Below, one piece after another: positions 55,820 to 64,000 of a stretch of DNA of 64,000 nucleotides. The notes beneath the pieces are model-generated. The model made no database searches. It worked only from the letters and a program-made list of their open reading frames with translations, and was not told the DNA's origin. A program made the translations under genes and the position numbers. Origin of the DNA: a virus; the IMG/VR virus record IMGVR_UViG_3300013114_000583, positions 1-64,000 of that record; one strand, written 5' to 3'. Position 1 is the stretch's first letter, and each line of letters starts with the position of its first letter.

Positions 55820-56041
55820 TCACACCCTCTCTAAAGACCCACTAGAAAATAAACAAAGTCTTCCAGTTTCTTGGATATGAACCTCAACAAGATTTTCACC
55901 GAGGGCATCAGTATGGGAAGAAATACCCACAACAATTCCTATCTTGCCTTCCCAATCATAGATGCCAAGACCAAATGATGCACCGTGTCGAGATAGTGTC
56001 GGACGTAACTTAAGTGCCCTAACAAGAACGCCGGCGCGCAT
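55820..56041 (-). CDS. KOW/SH3-like small protein
   Basis: MRAGVLV..IGIVV..LERV. Confidence 0.7.
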   Translation of the reverse strand: MRAGVLVRALKLRPTLSRHGASFGLGIYDWEGKIGIVVGISSHTDALGENLVEVHIQETGRLCLFSSGSLERV

Positions 56042-56246
56042 AGTGTACCAATTCCCCTTTTTCTATCGCATTGGAAAGTTTAAGTGCTTCAGCTTCAAAT
56101 TCATTAACGAGGTGATATGCTGGATGGTTGCGTCGAGGGCTGCGCAAAACATATTTCCAGAAAATTATGCCTTCGCGCTTAAAACTTTTGATGAGAATAC
56201 CAGTAGCATTGTGAGGTTCATAATATACCATATCACCTACTCTCAT
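56019..56246 (-). CDS. KOW/SH3-like small protein
   Basis: start reassigned to MRVGDMV downstream of tRNA. Confidence 0.7.
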   Translation of the reverse strand: MRVGDMVYYEPHNATGILIKSFKREGIIFWKYVLRSPRRNHPAYHLVNEFEAEALKLSNAIEKGELVHYARRRSC

Positions 56247-56254
56247 AGTGGTAG

Positions 56255-56328
56255 CACCCTGGGCAGGGCTCGAACCTGCGGCATTTTGATTAGAAGTCAA
56301 ACGCTCTATCCAACTGAGCTACCAGGGC
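56255..56328 (-). tRNA. tRNA-Arg (UCU)
   Basis: GCCCTGG/CCAGGGT acceptor, D-loop GGATA, loop CTTCTAA, TTCGAG. Confidence 0.9.
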
Positions 56329-56521
56329 TAAACATTCTGTACTCAGGGCCGAGTGAATCGACTAACTCAAGAGTTTCCTCGAAATCGTCAAACCAATAGA
56401 CACGCATCAAATGGTCACGCTCGGAGTGGTAACCCAACACCAAACCCATAATCCAGTCTGGTTCGGTGTCACAACCTTCGCACAAATTAAACTGAATTAG
56501 GTCGCCTCTTTTAAGACGCAC
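56306..56521 (-). CDS. KOW/SH3-like small protein
   Basis: LKRGDLI..MGLV..RVYW; overlaps tRNA-Arg by 23 nt. Confidence 0.7.
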   Translation of the reverse strand: MRLKRGDLIQFNLCEGCDTEPDWIMGLVLGYHSERDHLMRVYWFDDFEETLELVDSLGPEYRMFSPGSSVG

Positions 56522-56711
56522 TTATAACCTCCAAGTCACTGGAACAGTTGGCGACGCACTCTCCGTTTTCCCAAAATACGAAGAAATATCTTGTGTTTCT
56601 ATCAAGGATGATGCCGCGCTGGCGTACATCGACGAGGCCAACAGTATCATAATTCACTGTGTGCCAAATTTCGTTTATTTCGTTCCATTTAACGAGATCG
56701 CCTATCTTCAT
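56511..56711 (-). CDS. MKVGDLV-family protein
   Basis: MKIGDLV...LEVISAS. Confidence 0.75.
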   Translation of the reverse strand: MKIGDLVKWNEINEIWHTVNYDTVGLVDVRQRGIILDRNTRYFFVFWENGECVANCSSDLEVISAS

Positions 56712-56911
56712 TCTTTTTTTATCTTCTTTAACATATGAACGGGGAGATCAACTATTTTTGTTTTATCCGACCAAGACATGTGAACGCGCCACCAACCGTC
56801 CGGAATTTCTTGTACAAGAATAGCTTTTGTTGCAATTTTCTCGTTTCTAACAAAGTGAGATGCGCCAGCGACGATCCACACCAGATCGCCCGGCTTAAAA
56901 GCCCCAGTCAT
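56708..56911 (-). CDS. KOW/SH3-like small protein
   Basis: FKPGDLVWI; start reassigned, uncertain. Confidence 0.65.
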   Translation of the reverse strand: MTGAFKPGDLVWIVAGASHFVRNEKIATKAILVQEIPDGWWRVHMSWSDKTKIVDLPVHMLKKIKKE

Positions 56912-57269
56912 CATCCATCCAATCAAAGGCCGGCTGATCATAATCCCGTGAACTTCGATGAAGGTCGGCCCGGGACTTTTTTGAAACAATAAATTGCGAA
57001 TCATGCTTACGCAAAAGACCATCGGCCATGGCTGGTAAATACGTCGGGTCGCCACCTTGAAAGATTCTTAGTTTTTCCCCACTTATAGTCGTTATAACAG
57101 GGTCTCCATTTTTTATTTCTCTTAGCTTTATTACTTCCTGGGCTGAAAGTTCTTTGTAAATGGTTTTTCCACCACTAGACAGCGGTACCCGAAATTTGCC
57201 AGATGCGTTTGACTTAATTATTACTCTTTCGTTTTTATACAAAAAAGAGATGTATTTAATTTTCGACAA
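56895..57269 (-). CDS. hypothetical protein
   Basis: TTG start after GAGG; start uncertain. Confidence 0.55.
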   Translation of the reverse strand: MSKIKYISFLYKNERVIIKSNASGKFRVPLSSGGKTIYKELSAQEVIKLREIKNGDPVITTISGEKLRIFQGGDPTYLPAMADGLLRKHDSQFIVSKKSRADLHRSSRDYDQPAFDWMDDDWGF

Positions 57270-57900
57270 GGGTCTTCCTCTTCGCTTTGATGTCAGACTC
57301 GTGAACATAAATCGGTGATGATGCGCCAGCAAGCAACAACTGATAAATTCTAGCTCCTTTGGCGGCGCGGGTTACAGGCTTCGCATCAACTCGCACGATG
57401 AAGCCGACCTTATCGCCGTCTTGAGACTTTGGTCCATACTTATTATAATTAGCTATGCCAATCTTATTTGTCTTACGGATCTGAACGCAGTCTCCCACCT
57501 GAAATTTCCGGCTTGAATCATATTCCTTTCGAATTTTCTTGGCATATTTGTTTTCGCAAAACGTATCCCACTCTTTCTTTGAGAGAGTGAACTTCTCAGG
57601 ATTCGCGAGAATCTTCATAACATAATTCGAATAATAAGGAGGGTTCGCCTCATAATAATAAGCCACGCGTTTGGCTGTTGTTCTGTGGGCATCAGACCAA
57701 TTTGCGTCCCACTTTTGACTTTCTAGAATAACCTCCTCAGAATATTTCTCTGAGATGGAATCCAACCAACTTTGTTGATTGTCAGATAAATAATGCCGAG
57801 ACACAAGGAAAGTTTTAGCAGATTGCATAAAGTTATATTCTTTTTCCGAACAGTGATTTTTTGTTCTGTGAATTAATTCTTCAAGCTGAATAATATTCAT
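57256..57900 (-). CDS. hypothetical protein with C-terminal KOW-like domain
   Basis: KFQVGDCVQI..VGFIV. Confidence 0.7.
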   Translation of the reverse strand: MNIIQLEELIHRTKNHCSEKEYNFMQSAKTFLVSRHYLSDNQQSWLDSISEKYSEEVILESQKWDANWSDAHRTTAKRVAYYYEANPPYYSNYVMKILANPEKFTLSKKEWDTFCENKYAKKIRKEYDSSRKFQVGDCVQIRKTNKIGIANYNKYGPKSQDGDKVGFIVRVDAKPVTRAAKGARIYQLLLAGASSPIYVHESDIKAKRKTLVEN

Positions 57901-58073
57901 GCGTTTACTTTTTTAACTTCCCACGCCATAAGCTCAAACTTCTTGTCTTCAGTAAGTACGGTTAAAAGTAAATTAGACTCGCCGCCCTCAAAAATAGAAC
58001 TATTGATAACCGCCAACACCACACCGGGAAGGCCCGAGGGACAAACTACTAGATCTCCAACTTTTAGAGTCAT
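57897..58073 (-). CDS. MKVGDLV-family protein (58 aa)
   Basis: MTLKVGDLVVCPSGLPGVV...; below ORF-track cutoff. Confidence 0.7.
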   Translation of the reverse strand: MTLKVGDLVVCPSGLPGVVLAVINSSIFEGGESNLLLTVLTEDKKFELMAWEVKKVNA

Positions 58074-58103
58074 AAGAAAACCTTTTTAATTTTATGTACT
58101 TAT

Positions 58104-58132
58104 ATATTACAACATTTTATTCTCATTGTCAA
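58104..58132 (-). promoter_or_regulatory. sigma70 promoter
   Basis: TTGACA-17-TAATAT. Confidence 0.65.
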
Positions 58133-58289
58133 CAAAATTTTCTTCTAATTCTTGACAATGTAGCCATATACCAGGATGTTTAACAAAGATCATAAAGGCC
58201 ATGAACCCCATCACTTTAAGGCATTGACCATAGCATTTATATCTTTTAGAATATAACATCTTGTGTACCTTGAGTTTTTCAGCCTTCAC
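58107..58289 (-). CDS. hypothetical protein
   Basis: 60-aa ORF, GTGA overlap. Confidence 0.5.
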   Translation of the reverse strand: MKAEKLKVHKMLYSKRYKCYGQCLKVMGFMAFMIFVKHPGIWLHCQELEENFVDNENKML

Positions 58290-58519
58290 AGTTCTTCTAT
58301 TCTGTCAACAAATTTTTGATTTTCGTCCGGTACAAGGCCCGGAGAAGATCTTGTAACCTGCTCTGGAAGCAATTCTGCCCACTCTTGATTTATTGGAAAA
58401 TATATCAAATATTTTCCAGTCGAACCTGTTTTTAAATAAATTCCTCGGCACTCTCGAACATTGAGGTCGAACAAATCGTAATCTACCAAAACCATGACAT
58501 CTTCGCCTTTGGTTATCAT
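58286..58519 (-). CDS. small SH3-like hypothetical protein
   Basis: ITKGEDV..GIY..YLIYF. Confidence 0.6.
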   Translation of the reverse strand: MITKGEDVMVLVDYDLFDLNVRECRGIYLKTGSTGKYLIYFPINQEWAELLPEQVTRSSPGLVPDENQKFVDRIEEL

Positions 58520-58812
58520 TTGTCACTTTCCCGCAAAATGGCACCTGAGTAGAGTCGGTCTGCAACTACTTGGCAAATCTGCAATCTCTCCTCCTCAACA
58601 TCCATACAATAGCTTTCATTTTGCTCAAGAACATCGCGTATATATATAAAAACTTTTTCATACACGTTTTGCGCCTGCGTAATCGTCTTTGAGTTTAAGT
58701 TATCCACTGTAAACCCGCTAACCGTTCTTAACCCATGGTCTGTCTCATGGGTGTCAGACCAGTGATATCCCTTTCCTTTTCTCACATTAGCCAATTCCAC
58801 TCTCCAAATCAT
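58516..58812 (-). CDS. hypothetical protein
   Basis: 98-aa ORF. Confidence 0.55.
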   Translation of the reverse strand: MIWRVELANVRKGKGYHWSDTHETDHGLRTVSGFTVDNLNSKTITQAQNVYEKVFIYIRDVLEQNESYCMDVEEERLQICQVVADRLYSGAILRESDK

Positions 58813-58978
58813 TAGCCATTAACAAAATGGCATTTGCTAAATCAAATGCCGAGTCTAAATCTAAATCTATCCGTGTTTCCCCAAAAATAATCATAACACG
58901 CTTTTTTTCTCTAAAAACCTCAACTAAGGTAACGTCGCCAGAGGGCGTACTAACATACACTTCTTCCCTGTCGAACAA
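58787..58978 (-). CDS. hypothetical protein
   Basis: 63-aa ORF. Confidence 0.55.
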   Translation of the reverse strand: MFDREEVYVSTPSGDVTLVEVFREKKRVMIIFGETRIDLDLDSAFDLANAILLMANDLESGIG

Positions 58979-59002
58979 GGTGCTCTTCCTTTCTAAATTT
59001 CA

Positions 59003-59212
59003 CTAAGATATCAAATCATTCGTTGGTCGAGTCAACGAAAAAAGGTTCCAATATTTGTACTTTTTTATCTGGCCTTCCAAAATTCCGGACACCATCAAAA
59101 CATTATAATAGTCATCAGGCAAAACCCCAACTATTCTCCCCTTCACATTTAGGGGACGACCAAAAGGATAATCTAAAATAAAAACTTCTTCATCTTTTTC
59201 ATAATCTGCCAT
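59003..59212 (-). CDS. small SH3-like hypothetical protein
   Basis: YEKDEEVFI..GRIVG..YYNV. Confidence 0.6.
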   Translation of the reverse strand: MADYEKDEEVFILDYPFGRPLNVKGRIVGVLPDDYYNVLMVSGILEGQIKKYKYWNLFSLTRPTNDLIS

Positions 59213-59224
59213 AACTTTATTCTA

Positions 59225-59803
59225 TCACAAGCTATTCATATCTTTAACAGCTTTCAAATTTTTATAAAGTTTGGAAGAAGCACGATTAGTATATAAGATT
59301 TCAATATAGAAGCCCTCATCATCGCCTATGAGTCTGGAGTTTATTATAAATAATTTGTTTCGCCACACATTTCTTACAGAGTATAAGCCTAGTTTCACTG
59401 GGTAACAAGCCGCGGCATAGATCAGCTCGTCGATCACTGGATCTTTTTCTATCTCTTTGTATACAAACAATCCATATTTTTTATTCAGCATCCTAACAAC
59501 TTGCTTATATTTGATGACACAGTTGTGCTCGTCGATGCCTTCAGGGCCCAGAATAAGCAGAGCTGTTGCAATTCGTTTTCTTGCGAAATTAACCTGAAGC
59601 TCTGGTTGCATACCTGCAATATCTTTAGTCCCAACAAAAACCCACTGCCCCCATGACAAAGAGCCCATGTAATACTTATATCCCTTCGGAACTTCCAGCA
59701 CCTCGTACTCTTTGTCCCATTTTAAGTTAAGTGGTGTCGCGGTGGCAAAAGACACACAAAACATAAATAAGATGAGGAACATGGCACGGAGGTATTTAAT
59801 CAT
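59225..59803 (-). CDS. secreted hypothetical protein
   Basis: signal peptide ending ATA. Confidence 0.65.
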   Translation of the reverse strand: MIKYLRAMFLILFMFCVSFATATPLNLKWDKEYEVLEVPKGYKYYMGSLSWGQWVFVGTKDIAGMQPELQVNFARKRIATALLILGPEGIDEHNCVIKYKQVVRMLNKKYGLFVYKEIEKDPVIDELIYAAACYPVKLGLYSVRNVWRNKLFIINSRLIGDDEGFYIEILYTNRASSKLYKNLKAVKDMNSL

Positions 59804-59840
59804 TTTTTACAACAGTGAAGGCCCTAATTTTTTAAAACAA

Positions 59841-60239
59841 TTAACTGTCATCCTTAACACCCTTGCCCAGCCAACGAGCATTACGACCGCGAATATCGTA
59901 ATGAGTAAAAGTTGTGTATAAACCGATGCCGCCTGAATCCATGTGGCCGCTCTTTATTAAAGAAACAATTATGTCCTTTACCGTACTAGGCTGAAGTCCT
60001 GGAATTTTAATGTCGGCTGCCTTAGCAAGCAAATGTTGGCTGCGACGTGCGCCTTTGATTTTTGTGTTGTACTTTTTTGTTCTATAGCCGCTTATCACGA
60101 TAATGGGCCTTTGAACATAGTTTCTCAAAACTTGAAGATTTTTTGCTAATTTTTTAACATTTTCTATTAAATAATCCGGCACTGGCGTCCCATCCCTACA
60201 CATGAACTCCTTCAAATGAAAATTTTCTTCTAACTTCAT
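59841..60239 (-). CDS. peptidase M15A (D-Ala-D-Ala carboxypeptidase-like), putative endolysin
   Basis: NFHLKEF.C.DG, SGYR, SQHLLAKAAD, GIGLY.TFTHYD.R. Confidence 0.9.
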   Translation of the reverse strand: MKLEENFHLKEFMCRDGTPVPDYLIENVKKLAKNLQVLRNYVQRPIIVISGYRTKKYNTKIKGARRSQHLLAKAADIKIPGLQPSTVKDIIVSLIKSGHMDSGGIGLYTTFTHYDIRGRNARWLGKGVKDDS

Positions 60240-60514
60240 TTGTCTCCGGCCTCCAGCAGCGGGCAGCTCTTAACTTGCCATTCCAGTTGTCGATTGCCGG
60301 TGCAGTCTTCAGAAGTCAAAAGCCAACAATATTTGTGTGGCGCGCCGGGGGCAAAACACTCGTCTGAGCAGACTTTTCCATGATGTGAAGAGTGTGGGTT
60401 ATGGCACACCCAAACCTCGCTTAGAGGCTCGTTTAAGCCCTCGTGAGAGAGACCCTCTTCTGTAAACGGTTGACAACCAACCAAAATAAATGACAACACC
60501 AATAGATACTTCAT
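60236..60514 (-). CDS. Cys-rich lipoprotein
   Basis: LVGC lipobox; 6 further Cys. Confidence 0.65.
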   Translation of the reverse strand: MKYLLVLSFILVGCQPFTEEGLSHEGLNEPLSEVWVCHNPHSSHHGKVCSDECFAPGAPHKYCWLLTSEDCTGNRQLEWQVKSCPLLEAGDK

Positions 60515-60696
60515 TCAAATGAATCCTGAGTCGAATACGGGATCATATAAAATTTTCCTGACAAAGCGTCCAAGATCCCATCTATTAAATTTTCTATGGC
60601 CGCGGCAGAATTTAAATTTATTTGTACATCTTTTGCTTTTGAAAATTCTTTTCTCAAAACTCCTCTGGCCTCCTCTTTAAACTCTTTTTTTAGCAT
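60511..60696 (-). CDS. hypothetical protein
   Basis: 61-aa ORF, ATGA overlap. Confidence 0.55.
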   Translation of the reverse strand: MLKKEFKEEARGVLRKEFSKAKDVQINLNSAAAIENLIDGILDALSGKFYMIPYSTQDSFE

Positions 60697-60705
60697 AACA
60701 CAGCT

Positions 60706-61017
60706 TTAAAGCATCTTTTTCAAAAAATGCTTGTTCTTTCCTTTCTCTAAACCAACAAAATAATTTTTTGGGAAGACTGAACGGAGAGTCTTCTCCAGCA
60801 AATAGCGCGGTTTGCGGTACTTTTGGGCTGCTATCTGCGTAGCTGAGCCGATCCCATAACCCTTTACTATAATATACCATATAGCGCGGTTACATGCAAG
60901 TTTATTTTTTCCCTCAATTTTCACTTCTTTATTTTTGTATTTAATGGCACTTGGAAGTGAATCTTGTAGGGCTCTCAGCAATATTTCAATTTTGTCTTTA
61001 TCATTAATCTCAATCAC
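60706..61017 (-). CDS. hypothetical protein
   Basis: 103-aa ORF. Confidence 0.55.
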   Translation of the reverse strand: MIEINDKDKIEILLRALQDSLPSAIKYKNKEVKIEGKNKLACNRAIWYIIVKGYGIGSATQIAAQKYRKPRYLLEKTLRSVFPKNYFVGLEKGKNKHFLKKML

Positions 61018-61643
61018 AACAACTCTCTTTCGTCTACTAAAGTATATGTAAAATTATTTCCCCAGCGCGCTGCTGCTTCGGTGCAAGTTTCCATAAAATG
61101 ATAAAAATCCAAACTAGACTGAAAAACCTGACAACCGGCGGAAACTCCGTTTGTGTATTCGCGGTCATCGGGGCCCCACTGACGATGTATGTTGATGCCA
61201 AAGAATCCCGTCTCCACTAAGCCTTCGTAATCTGGGGACCTATCTCTATTATTATCTCTCCAAACTGAAACGGGCGCGCCACGTTGAACCAGTGCTCGAT
61301 ACTTGCGCCTACCGCCATGAGTGCCAATCCGATATGCTGAGCGGTATTGGTTCGGAACAAGTATAGCCGTGCCCTTATGTGCAACCGACGCCAAGGGGCG
61401 ACGGAGGATATTTGGGCCAGGCTCCGTGGTTATAAAGTATATATCAACAATCCAATCACCCTCTTCTTTGTAAAAAACATTTAATTTATCATCAAAATGA
61501 TCTGCTAAGCCCGAATCGTTCCTAACTCCAACAATGTTTAAATTAAAATCCCCATTTTTAAAAAAAGCATAACCCAAGTCATCAAAGGCGTCTTTATACA
61601 GCTCCTTCATCTCAAGAGCGTCTTCTCCCGTTAAAGTTATCAT
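61014..61643 (-). CDS. L,D-transpeptidase (YkuD)-like cell wall enzyme
   Basis: GINIH-x14-SAGCQV; TTEPG. Confidence 0.6.
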   Translation of the reverse strand: MITLTGEDALEMKELYKDAFDDLGYAFFKNGDFNLNIVGVRNDSGLADHFDDKLNVFYKEEGDWIVDIYFITTEPGPNILRRPLASVAHKGTAILVPNQYRSAYRIGTHGGRRKYRALVQRGAPVSVWRDNNRDRSPDYEGLVETGFFGINIHRQWGPDDREYTNGVSAGCQVFQSSLDFYHFMETCTEAAARWGNNFTYTLVDERELL

Positions 61644-62065
61644 AATGGCAACTCCGATACTACTATCTCTCCATAATTAGAAACAGACGGCCTTGAATGC
61701 CATTTATATTCTTCAACAACTTGTCGGACCAATCGTGACATCACGGGAGAGTCACCGGTAATTATAGTGCAGGGTAGATCTACAAAATTTAAAAAAACCC
61801 TCACTTTTTCATCCACATCTGCGTGTTTTGTTCCATGTAAATCTAGAACCCTATCTTTTCTTTGCTTCTTTCTCATTCCCTTCGCTTCCTGAATTTTTAT
61901 CAAACCAGTGTCAATATTTCTCCAGGCGCGACGCTTTGAAATTCTCCGCTCTCCGCCTGCCATAAAATAATACCAATATTTTTTTGTTTGTTTTAACAAA
62001 AGAGCCTGCTTTTTTAAAGAATCAACAACCAGCAAATCTCCCACTTTGATATTTTTTATTCGCAT
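61640..62065 (-). CDS. Smr/MutS2-like domain protein with N-terminal KOW-like motif
   Basis: IKVGDLL; LDLHG...IITGDS. Confidence 0.7.
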   Translation of the reverse strand: MRIKNIKVGDLLVVDSLKKQALLLKQTKKYWYYFMAGGERRISKRRAWRNIDTGLIKIQEAKGMRKKQRKDRVLDLHGTKHADVDEKVRVFLNFVDLPCTIITGDSPVMSRLVRQVVEEYKWHSRPSVSNYGEIVVSELPL

Positions 62066-62331
62066 TTCTTAATCATCGGATATACCCATTTCACTGATAC
62101 ATAACCTAATGTATCACTTATCGCTGATTTTGTCAAATAGTTTTTTTTAAAATAACTTTCATATTTAGTGCCAGGGAGCATATGAATCAAAGCTAGGTGA
62201 CAAGGAGAAGTAAGGCCTTTTTTTACTTCCTTCGAACCCAATAAGATTCCCCTCCAATCTTTGCCATAAAGAAGATGAAACACGAGATCACCGACGATCA
62301 ATCCTTTGCTGTTCAATGTCTCGATCAACAT
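62056..62331 (-). CDS. KOW/SH3-like protein
   Basis: LIVGDLVFH..WRGIL. Confidence 0.6.
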   Translation of the reverse strand: MLIETLNSKGLIVGDLVFHLLYGKDWRGILLGSKEVKKGLTSPCHLALIHMLPGTKYESYFKKNYLTKSAISDTLGYVSVKWVYPMIKKCE

Positions 62332-62478
62332 ACTCGTTTACAACCCCTAAAATAATTAAGGACAATAACCACAGAATTATCATAAAATTTAAAGTTTTAT
62401 CATTAAAAAACATCAGATCCCTTAGCTAACACCAAAAATACAGCAAATATTAAAGCAATTATCTTATAAGCTAAATTT

Positions 62479-63051
62479 TCAACACAAAAATTCATAAGAA
62501 ACCATCTTCGTAAGTTTTGACATTTTATAAGAACAAGAAGCAACAATATCAGCTCTATTCCTCAACTCTGCATCTAAAGCGCACTTCCTCAATAACAAAA
62601 AACATTTTTCACAATTTATATAAAACTCAAAAACCTTCAATAGATTTTCATATGCCGAGCCAACAATGGAATCAGACACATCTGAGAATGAAATGTTATT
62701 TTTGTTAACACAGAATTCCAACACCACATTGGAGGCCGCGGCGGTGCCCAGATGATCGTTAAATTTCATTGCAATAGAGAAATTTCTCAACTTTATTTGC
62801 CTTAAGCTGCAAAATTCCTCTGAGTAGTGCCCAAGCAAACCTTCACAAATGGCGTCAACAAAACCATGACCAAAAGCGGAGACCTCCTTTAAAGTGTCGT
62901 TCTCAAAAAACGTAAAAGTGGCACCTGTTGTTATTTCATCAGAGGATTCATATATAGATATGTTCTTTTTTTTTAAAATAATCTTCCCATCTTTTAAAAT
63001 CTCCGAGGTCAAGGCATCTATATTCTGTCTCATGACATCGTGAATTAACAT
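62479..63051 (-). CDS. stand-alone LeuA (isopropylmalate synthase) regulatory-domain-like protein
   Basis: AFGHGFVDA...IKLRNFS...GTAA...V..S.SIV.SA pattern. Confidence 0.55.
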   Translation of the reverse strand: MLIHDVMRQNIDALTSEILKDGKIILKKKNISIYESSDEITTGATFTFFENDTLKEVSAFGHGFVDAICEGLLGHYSEEFCSLRQIKLRNFSIAMKFNDHLGTAAASNVVLEFCVNKNNISFSDVSDSIVGSAYENLLKVFEFYINCEKCFLLLRKCALDAELRNRADIVASCSYKMSKLTKMVSYEFLC

Positions 63052-63056
63052 GGGCT

Positions 63057-63428
63057 CTATTCCACCCTTTCTAGACCTGGGCTTACTCTATAAATTCTAT
63101 TTACATTTTTTACTTTTCTTATGTTTCTGAGAATTTGCGTTTTTACTTCCTCCGGTATCGAAAATTCCCCAGGGACCGAGGAGACATATTTAAGAGACAT
63201 CCCTGCAACATAGTTTCGTTCCGATATATTCTCGTTCCCTTTGATCACTGATACAATCGTGACATTCGGTATAGACCGAATGTCAGTCGCTATATCATCC
63301 AAGCCTCTCTGTTGTTGGCCTGTGTCGATAGTGTAACCAATCATAAACAAAAATTTGTAAATCCCCCTTTGGCGGGAACGGCCTCGCTCTTCTTCGAGGT
63401 AATTGTTCCATTTTTTTTGAAAGTTCAC
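63057..63428 (-). CDS. hypothetical protein (KKWNNYLEE N-terminus)
   Basis: 123-aa ORF; CTATTTA upstream. Confidence 0.65.
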   Translation of the reverse strand: MNFQKKWNNYLEEERGRSRQRGIYKFLFMIGYTIDTGQQQRGLDDIATDIRSIPNVTIVSVIKGNENISERNYVAGMSLKYVSSVPGEFSIPEEVKTQILRNIRKVKNVNRIYRVSPGLERVE

Positions 63429-63454
63429 TAAATTGCCCCCTTATTTATAAATAG

Positions 63455-63793
63455 TTAATAATAAATTTGAATGAACAGAATCATCAAAGATAAGCCGACA
63501 CACGACATGGTTTTAAAAGTAAACATAGATTCACCTAACAAAAACCACGTCAACAGCGGAAAAACTATAAAACCAGTGCAAGACCCTATAAAGCGCGCAG
63601 TCCAAACTGACATAGTCTCTTCTGACACTAGCTTCCAAGCATACCAAAAAAGAATGCTAGTTGGGATGCCGAAGGTGAGAGCGGCAGTGATGGGCCTGTT
63701 CTCCCATCCAACATTTAATTTTTGGGTATTCAACTGGAACCACCCAAAAATTTGGCCGGCGAAAAATAATACTATACCGAAAGCGAGATTCAC
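63455..63793 (-). CDS. DMT/SMR-like four-helix membrane protein
   Basis: 4 hydrophobic segments; FLLGE near C-terminus. Confidence 0.6.
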   Translation of the reverse strand: MNLAFGIVLFFAGQIFGWFQLNTQKLNVGWENRPITAALTFGIPTSILFWYAWKLVSEETMSVWTARFIGSCTGFIVFPLLTWFLLGESMFTFKTMSCVGLSLMILFIQIYY

Positions 63794-63794
63794 T

Positions 63795-63977
63795 TTAATG
63801 AGAGTCCATGCTTATGCTATAAGAAGATAACTCTCTTTTTAACATTCTAATACTTTGATAACATGATTTGAGAGACATAAGGCTAATTGGATCAGCTCGA
63901 TATATATTTTCTTCTACCTGGTTATTCTCTTCAAATATAATTCTTAGTGTTGTTTCTGCGAGCTTTAAAGAAGACAC
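63795..63977 (-). CDS. hypothetical protein
   Basis: 60-aa ORF. Confidence 0.45.
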   Translation of the reverse strand: MSSLKLAETTLRIIFEENNQVEENIYRADPISLMSLKSCYQSIRMLKRELSSYSISMDSH

Positions 63978-64000
63978 AAGCTCGCATGTGATATTAATTG

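Overview
This window looks like a 64-kb segment of a large (jumbo-type) tailed bacteriophage genome. Coding is dense and almost entirely on the minus strand; only the protease at 211-933 is convincingly on +. No core replication or capsid genes fall in the window. (i) ~1-34.3 kb is a probable late/virion region. Many proteins there share an N-terminal tag (MKLIMENWRK..xE and related helices), and the region carries peptidoglycan-binding and hydrolase proteins and auxiliary genes (tilS next to tRNA-Ile2(CAU), tmRNA, iscA, PMM-like HAD, purA, SNase, nucleotidyltransferases). Many of these genes are preceded by a CTA(A/T)TTA motif. (ii) ~34.3-35.5 kb is a mostly non-coding boundary rich in palindromes and G-tracts. 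(iii) ~35-59 kb is a probable early/accessory region driven by near-consensus sigma70 promoters. It contains a ~690-nt structured non-coding RNA candidate, Hsp20 with a ROSE-like thermometer, four more tRNAs, FKBP, a MazG-like protein, a MoxR-AAA/VWA pair and about 40 small 'MKVGDLV' KOW/SH3-like genes. Most of those small genes are chained in arrays by a conserved ~30-bp junction that is at once the SD, the start codon and the upstream stop (14-nt overlap); this cassette array is the best candidate for an undescribed system. (iv) ~59-64 kb holds lysis and cell-wall genes and hypotheticals. A GltF/CglF-like gene, a stand-alone LeuA regulatory domain and an all-NNA-decoding tRNA set hint at a GC-rich Myxococcota- or Bdellovibrionota-like host (inference). 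All family calls come from motif recognition by eye; no searches were run.
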